Shown here piece by piece: positions 26,934 through 32,000 of a DNA stretch of 32,000 nt. The DNA is taken from assembly GCA_964640155.1 (NCBI GenBank), contig CAZXEQ010000009.1:1-32000 (forward strand). Reading direction: 5' to 3'. Within the stretch, counting starts at the first letter, position 1; each line of letters starts with the position of its first letter. The position numbers and the translations under genes were made by a program. The stretch comes from an uncultured bacterium. GTDB lineage: Bacteria > Auribacterota > JACPWU01. The notes under the pieces are model-generated. The model saw only the letters and a list, made by a program, of their open reading frames with translations. It was not told the DNA's origin and did no database searches.

Positions 26934-28622
26934 CTATTCTACTTTTATCAATCCCAAAGTAATGTCATCTGCTTGGGCTTCATTCTGGGCGTGTTCAGTA
27001 ATTCTATCAAGAATTTTTTCCATAATGATATGTGTTTTTTGATTCCCGATCTGAGTAATGATTTCTTTCAAGGCTTCAAGGAATTTTTCTTTTCCATAAG
27101 ATTGCTGTTTGGAATCTTGGGCTTCCTCCACACCATCTGTATATAAAATAACTTGATCCCCTTTTTTTAGGGACAAAGTATATTCTTCCGGCATTTCATC
27201 ATCCGTCCATTTTGAAAAACCCAAAGCAATGCCCTTTGGAGAAAACTCATGCAATTGAACGTCTGGACCTCGATATACAATCAAAGGTAAATGTCCTGCC
27301 CTAGAAAAAGTAAGGGTATTCTGTTTTACATCGAGAAAAGCCAAAATAGCGCTGATAAACATATCTTGTTTCATATCTGGAACCAAAAGATTGTTCACTT
27401 CTTTTAAGAGGCCTGCCGTACTCGTCGCACCCAAGGCTCTGGACTTCAATGTCGAACGAAACATCGCCATCACCAAAGCACCTGGAACCCCCTTACCACT
27501 TACATCTGCAATCACCAAAGCTAATTTTTCAGGGCTTACCCAAAACCAATCATAATAATCTCCGCCTACTTCTTGGGCTGGCAAACTTCTAAAAGAGAAA
27601 TCAAAACCTTCTATTTTTGGAAAAGTACGGGGTAATAAAATCTGCTGAATTTCACGAGCGATCTGTAATTCATGTTTGATGCGCTCCTGATCACGAATCT
27701 CGCGGTAAAGCCTAGCATTTTCTAATGCAATCGCCGCTTGACTTGCAATCGCTGTTAAAAGCTTTAGATCGTCTTCTTCAAAATGACTGATTTTAATCAA
27801 ACTATCACAATAAATAAGTCCTAAAATCTGATTTTTAATAGCAATGGGGACACACATGGCAGATTTAATCCCATACGCATAAAAACTCTCTGCATTCTTA
27901 AAACGATCATCCAAACCTGTATGGGCACAAATCACACCCACGTGTTCTTTCAAAACCGTTTCAACAATGCTACGACTGATTGCAATGGGAGAATATCCTT
28001 TTTTTTGCTCTGAACGTTTTACAATTCGAGGGACTAATTCTTGTGTTTTTTCATCTCGGAATAAAATCACGTAGCGATCCGCATGAATCACCTCCATCAC
28101 CATATCTACAATTTTTACAATTAAATTTTCTTCATTTAAAATCGAATTAAAAACATTTCCTGATTTATAAAGGATAGAAAGATTTTTTGCCGTTTTCTTA
28201 AATTGATCCAATTTCAAACTGCGTCCGTCTATATCTAAAAATGTAGAATGCTTACAATCTAAAGAGCTCGTGACACGTGTTTGAGGAGCTTCTTCTAACA
28301 CAATGGAAACTTCTTCTTTAGATAAGGATTCTAAAGAGGAATTTTCCGATACTATTTTCAAACGTGTGTCTCCTACAACAATTTCATCCCCCTCTTTAAT
28401 CACACACTGCGTTACCAGCTTCCCATTGACATAGGTACCATTTGAACTATCCAGATCTTGAAGAAAATATTGATCTTTTTGTTTTTGAATACGCACATGA
28501 ACCCGAGAAACTCTGGGGTCTTGTAAAGGCAATTGATTGGTAGGATCTCTGCCAATTGAAAGAGTTTCTCCCAGAGGAAAAACATAATCCTTCTTAAAAC
28601 CTTGCATGACTAAAACATTCAT
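26934..28622 (-). CDS. FHA-GAF-PP2C (SpoIIE-type) phosphatase
   Basis: N-terminal FHA (LSIGRD .. VSRVHV .. DLDSSNGTYVNG), a central GAF-like region and a C-terminal PP2C/SpoIIE domain (GGDYYDW .. ADVSGKGVPGAL .. DGVEE). Confidence 0.85.
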   Translation of the reverse strand: MNVLVMQGFKKDYVFPLGETLSIGRDPTNQLPLQDPRVSRVHVRIQKQKDQYFLQDLDSSNGTYVNGKLVTQCVIKEGDEIVVGDTRLKIVSENSSLESLSKEEVSIVLEEAPQTRVTSSLDCKHSTFLDIDGRSLKLDQFKKTAKNLSILYKSGNVFNSILNEENLIVKIVDMVMEVIHADRYVILFRDEKTQELVPRIVKRSEQKKGYSPIAISRSIVETVLKEHVGVICAHTGLDDRFKNAESFYAYGIKSAMCVPIAIKNQILGLIYCDSLIKISHFEEDDLKLLTAIASQAAIALENARLYREIRDQERIKHELQIAREIQQILLPRTFPKIEGFDFSFRSLPAQEVGGDYYDWFWVSPEKLALVIADVSGKGVPGALVMAMFRSTLKSRALGATSTAGLLKEVNNLLVPDMKQDMFISAILAFLDVKQNTLTFSRAGHLPLIVYRGPDVQLHEFSPKGIALGFSKWTDDEMPEEYTLSLKKGDQVILYTDGVEEAQDSKQQSYGKEKFLEALKEIITQIGNQKTHIIMEKILDRITEHAQNEAQADDITLGLIKVE

Positions 28623-28712
28623 AGGGGAAACTTTCGATATAAAGTTTCTACGAAACCATTATAGCGTTTTTAATTCTACTTTACTATCAAAATGGGGATT
28701 GTGGATCCTGTT

Positions 28713-28836
28713 AAGAGTGTGTTTTTTATATATGTGGGTGACACTCGACGGGGAGCCCCGCCGCGCGCAACTTTTAGTGAGCACGGTCGGGCTGACGAGT
28801 GGCAGGACCTACTACTTTTCAAAAAAACACACTCTT
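28713..28836 (+). repeat. GC-rich structured element, type B copy 2 (core 28736..28810)
   Basis: The 75-nt core differs from the B1 core at 2 positions. Outer helix is AAGAGTGTGTTTTTT 28713..28727 / AAAAAACACACTCTT 28822..28836, 15 bp and perfect. The linkers have similar length to B1 (13 nt; 16 vs 18 nt) but divergent sequence. Confidence 0.88.
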
Positions 28837-28988
28837 ATCTCCAGCACATCAACAATAAAAAATAAAAATCAGATATGTTTTTAGATTTCAAATCACTGTT
28901 TTTAATAGTCAATTTCAAAACATTATCTTACAATTTCTCTAACATCGTGTTACGCACTTCTCACAACGCATCACACAGAGCGAATTTT

Positions 28989-30953
28989 ATGATCGCATTT
29001 CACAACGAAATTCTTAAGAACTACGAACGTGCTTCTCGACGTGAGTGGCTTGTCACCAACGGTCTGGGCGGTTATGCTTCCTCTACTCTTTGTGGAGGAA
29101 ACACACGTCGCTATCATGGGTTACTGGTCTCAAGCATGCATCCCCCACTTGGACGCACGGTTATCCTTTCTAAAGTTGATGAAACACTTCATATCGATGG
29201 GCAATCTTACGATTTAGGATGCAATCGTTTTCCTGGAACAGTTCATCCTAAAGGAAATCAATATTTAGATCTTTTTTCTTTTGAGTTTTATCCAAAATTT
29301 ATTTATTCGGCAGGAGGCGTTAAACTAGAAAAAAATGTTTATATGATTTTTGAAAAAAATGCGACCATCATTTTTTATCGGCTCTTGGAAAGCCCCAAGC
29401 CCGTTAAACTAAGTCTCATAAGTTTTATTGCATGTCGGAGATTTCATGAACTCACACGCGAAAATACATTTTTTAATGAAGATATTGAAATCAGTGATGG
29501 GCTTTTACGCTTAAAACCTTATAAAAACGCACCCATGATTCACCTTTTTTTCAGCCCTGCACAATACGGTGAAAACCCCATGTGGTATCTCAATTTTGAA
29601 TATACTGAAGAAAAGCGACGTGGGTTAGATTATCGCGAAGATCTTTTTACTCCCGGTGATTTAACCTTTGATCTTGTCCCGGGAGGGACTTGCTTTCTGA
29701 TTGCTTCTACGGATGAGCTCTCCTCTTCCGATCTTCTGCAAGCCGAATTTAAAGAAACAGAACGCAAAAAACTGGTCCTCAAAAATTGTAAAAAAGAAGA
29801 TAAACTTTCATTGTCCTTATTTTTAGCAGCAGATCATTTTCTTGTTCAACGAGGAGAAAAAGGATCTGCATCTATTATTGCAGGTTATCATTGGTTCAGT
29901 GATTGGGGCCGAGATACAATGATTAGTCTTCCAGGCCTAACACTCGCCACAGGCCGATATAATTTAGCTAAAAGCGTTTTAACCACTTTTTCGAAATATG
30001 CTTCTGAAGGCATGCTTCCCAATCGTTTCCCAGATGAAGGTGAACAGCCTGATTACAATACAGTCGACGCCACACTTTGGTTTTTTAATGCTGTTTATCA
30101 ATATTTCCTTTACACCAATGATGACACTTTTATTCGAAACACACTTTTCCCCGTCCTCAAAGAAATGATCGAATGGCATGAACGAGGCACGCGTTATAAC
30201 ATTCATGTGGATGGGGATGGTCTTCTTTATGCAGGAGAAGAGGGAACACAATTGACATGGATGGATGCTAAAATTGGCAACGAAGTTATTACTCCCCGTA
30301 TAGGGAAACCTGTTGAAGTTAATGCCTTATGGTATAACGCTTTAAAAATTATGGAATTTTTTGCAGAACGTTTTCGTCAATTTCCAACACGTGATCGTTA
30401 CGGCGCCATGGCCGAAGCAGCTTCTAAAAGTTTTAATGAAATATTCTGGAACAAAGAAATGGGTTGCCTCTATGATTGCATCAATGGAGAAAATTTAGAT
30501 GCATCGATTCGTCCAAATCAAATTTTTGCCTTGAGTCTGCCCTTCCCTGTTTTAAAATCAGACCGCTTTCGTTCTGTCATGAAAATCATCGAAAAAGAAT
30601 TACTCACTCCTTATGGCCTTCGTAGCCTTTCACCTCTAGATCCAAAATATATTGGCAAATATGCGGGAAATGCTTTAGAAAGAGATCGTGCTTATCATCA
30701 GGGAACCGTTTGGCCTTGGTTATTAGGTCCTTTCACAACCGCTTATTTTAAAACCTATGGACGAACTCCTAAAACGATTGAAAAAGCCAAATCTTTTGTC
30801 GAAGCTTTTAGAGATCACATTTATGAAGCAGGATTAGGAACCATCTCTGAATTGTTTGATGGAGATCCTCCCCATGAACCCAATGGTACTATTTCACATG
30901 CTTGGAATGTGGCAGAGATTTTAAGAATTGTGGTTGAGGAATTGGATAAGTAA
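28989..30953 (+). CDS. glycogen debranching enzyme (GDE N-terminal domain plus amylo-alpha-1,6-glucosidase)
   Basis: REWLVTNGLGGYASST..GNTRRYHGLL at the N-terminus, and GYHWFSDWGRDTMISLPGL and HQGTVWPW in the catalytic (alpha/alpha)6 domain. ATG 28989 is preferred because the track start at 28875 adds 38 low-complexity residues. Confidence 0.85.
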   Translation: MIAFHNEILKNYERASRREWLVTNGLGGYASSTLCGGNTRRYHGLLVSSMHPPLGRTVILSKVDETLHIDGQSYDLGCNRFPGTVHPKGNQYLDLFSFEFYPKFIYSAGGVKLEKNVYMIFEKNATIIFYRLLESPKPVKLSLISFIACRRFHELTRENTFFNEDIEISDGLLRLKPYKNAPMIHLFFSPAQYGENPMWYLNFEYTEEKRRGLDYREDLFTPGDLTFDLVPGGTCFLIASTDELSSSDLLQAEFKETERKKLVLKNCKKEDKLSLSLFLAADHFLVQRGEKGSASIIAGYHWFSDWGRDTMISLPGLTLATGRYNLAKSVLTTFSKYASEGMLPNRFPDEGEQPDYNTVDATLWFFNAVYQYFLYTNDDTFIRNTLFPVLKEMIEWHERGTRYNIHVDGDGLLYAGEEGTQLTWMDAKIGNEVITPRIGKPVEVNALWYNALKIMEFFAERFRQFPTRDRYGAMAEAASKSFNEIFWNKEMGCLYDCINGENLDASIRPNQIFALSLPFPVLKSDRFRSVMKIIEKELLTPYGLRSLSPLDPKYIGKYAGNALERDRAYHQGTVWPWLLGPFTTAYFKTYGRTPKTIEKAKSFVEAFRDHIYEAGLGTISELFDGDPPHEPNGTISHAWNVAEILRIVVEELDK

Positions 30954-30982
30954 TAATCTAGCTCAAGTTTTATCATTCATAA

Positions 30983-31990
30983 TTACTCCACATCAAAATC
31001 TACTTGGTTCGATCTAATAACTCCGTGATACTCACCAGCTTTCTTTACAACCCCGTCGGTATCTCCATAGATAAACTGAAGCTTATAATGCCCTTTAGAG
31101 ACGTTGATTTGATCCTTCAGATCCAAATGAGTCTCATAATTGTCATTACGTCCCATGCCAACCATGCTCATGCCGCTATAAAATTTCTTTTGAAAACATT
31201 CTTTGCCTGAAGGACGGAATAACAAAAAGCTCACTGTATTTTGATTAAGATTTAAACTTAAACTTGATGCTTCACCAGTTAAAAACTCCAAAGTCACAGG
31301 AAAAGACTCGCCTGGTTTGTAAACTTTCTTTTGCAAAGTAATATTGAATACAACTTTAACATCTTTAGGAACACGATTAGAGTCGGATACCTGCTTAGAT
31401 TGTATATTTTCAATACTTACTTTCGCTTTTTCATCCGCACCTAGTTTCGTGAGCAACTCAACCCAATCCTTCTTTCCTTTCTCGATGCAATAACTCAAGG
31501 GTGTATAAACACCATCCGAAACGTTTAAATTTGCCTTGGCTGCTGCGAGAATTTTTACCATTTCTTTACTCGCTTCACATGCCTCAATAGCCTGTTTTTG
31601 TTGATAAAGATAAATCCCTTCCTGATTTGATCTTTCAGAAAAATAAACTCCATTTTGCACTAGAGTTAAAATAGGGGGCGTCCCGTTTTTAGGCACAATA
31701 TTTGGGTCAGAACCTGCGTCAAGGAGCATCTTGAGCAACTTAATGTCATTGCTATCATAAGGAAGTAATCTATCTTTAGTAACCACTCTAATAATCGGTG
31801 TATCAATATTTACATTTGCTTTCGCCTTAATCAAAGACTCGACTGTTTTGACTTTTCTCCAACCTACGGCCCACGACAATGCAGCTCCTTTGTTTACATT
31901 CACATCTGCTCCTGCCTTAATCAATAAGTCGACAATCTCAGCTCCCTCATCTGTATCCTGCACATGATCTTGCACAGCTGTCTCTAGCAT
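30983..31990 (-). CDS. ankyrin-repeat protein with a C-terminal beta-rich domain (possibly 5'-truncated by the window edge)
   Basis: Repeated LLIKAGADVNV / LIKAKANVNI / LLDAGSDPNI / LAAAKANLNV units. There is no in-frame stop between ATG 31990 and the window end, so the true start may lie outside the window. Confidence 0.7.
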   Translation of the reverse strand: MLETAVQDHVQDTDEGAEIVDLLIKAGADVNVNKGAALSWAVGWRKVKTVESLIKAKANVNIDTPIIRVVTKDRLLPYDSNDIKLLKMLLDAGSDPNIVPKNGTPPILTLVQNGVYFSERSNQEGIYLYQQKQAIEACEASKEMVKILAAAKANLNVSDGVYTPLSYCIEKGKKDWVELLTKLGADEKAKVSIENIQSKQVSDSNRVPKDVKVVFNITLQKKVYKPGESFPVTLEFLTGEASSLSLNLNQNTVSFLLFRPSGKECFQKKFYSGMSMVGMGRNDNYETHLDLKDQINVSKGHYKLQFIYGDTDGVVKKAGEYHGVIRSNQVDFDVE

Positions 31991-32000
31991 AGAACCAGTC

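Noticed and set aside
23369-28836. Integron attC sites or a CALIN-like cassette array, since these too have variable-length imperfect palindromes with conserved asymmetric ends.
   Set aside because: There are no RYYYAAC/GTTRRRY cores and no integrase. The elements are scattered among housekeeping genes in both orientations and do not follow unidirectional promoterless cassettes. The analogy is kept only as a mechanistic idea.
28711-28838. A TA target-site duplication flanking B2, which would suggest a Tc1/IS630-type MITE.
   Set aside because: B1 has no matching TA (or other) duplication at the equivalent boundaries, and the element termini are not inverted copies of each other beyond the helix. 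The evidence is insufficient.

Overview
AT-rich bacterial chromosomal window. I saw no rRNA, tRNA, CRISPR array, transposase or integrase. About 27 ORFs look real, and most encode core metabolism. On the minus strand: leuA-ilvC-ilvN, then an ICMT-like membrane methyltransferase, cmoA and a siroheme-type sulfite/nitrite reductase. Next come queG-queD and thiC with a heavily structured leader. A long minus-strand operon follows: AstA-like, pentein-fold enzyme, TrpD2/YbiB-like, fused siroheme decarboxylase AhbA/B, HesB-like, membrane protein. Then a HAD hydrolase, a PilZ protein and a futalosine-pathway menaquinone operon (UbiD-like, mqnE, mqnA, mqnC, plus a signal-peptide nucleotidyltransferase-like protein). 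The window ends with an acyl-ACP desaturase, a Ser/Thr kinase-HEAT protein next to an FHA-GAF-PP2C phosphatase, a GDE-type glycogen debranching enzyme and an ankyrin-repeat protein. The unusual content is non-coding. (i) There are six GC-rich, strongly folded intergenic elements. Five of them, built on three unrelated hairpin bodies, share one asymmetric junction GGGT-GA-C ... G-CAGG-ACCC, with compensatory changes between copies. They sit in divergent intergenic regions pointing at the adjacent gene, and one inverted pair brackets the ICMT/cmoA/sulfite-reductase block. (ii) Several intercistronic spacers consist of degenerate 7-nt tandem repeats that stay in one phase. (iii) The thiC leader is made of perfect palindromes and does not fit the canonical TPP aptamer. 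I consider (i) the best candidate for something undescribed. Sequence alone cannot decide whether it acts as structured RNA or as a folded-ssDNA or mobile element.
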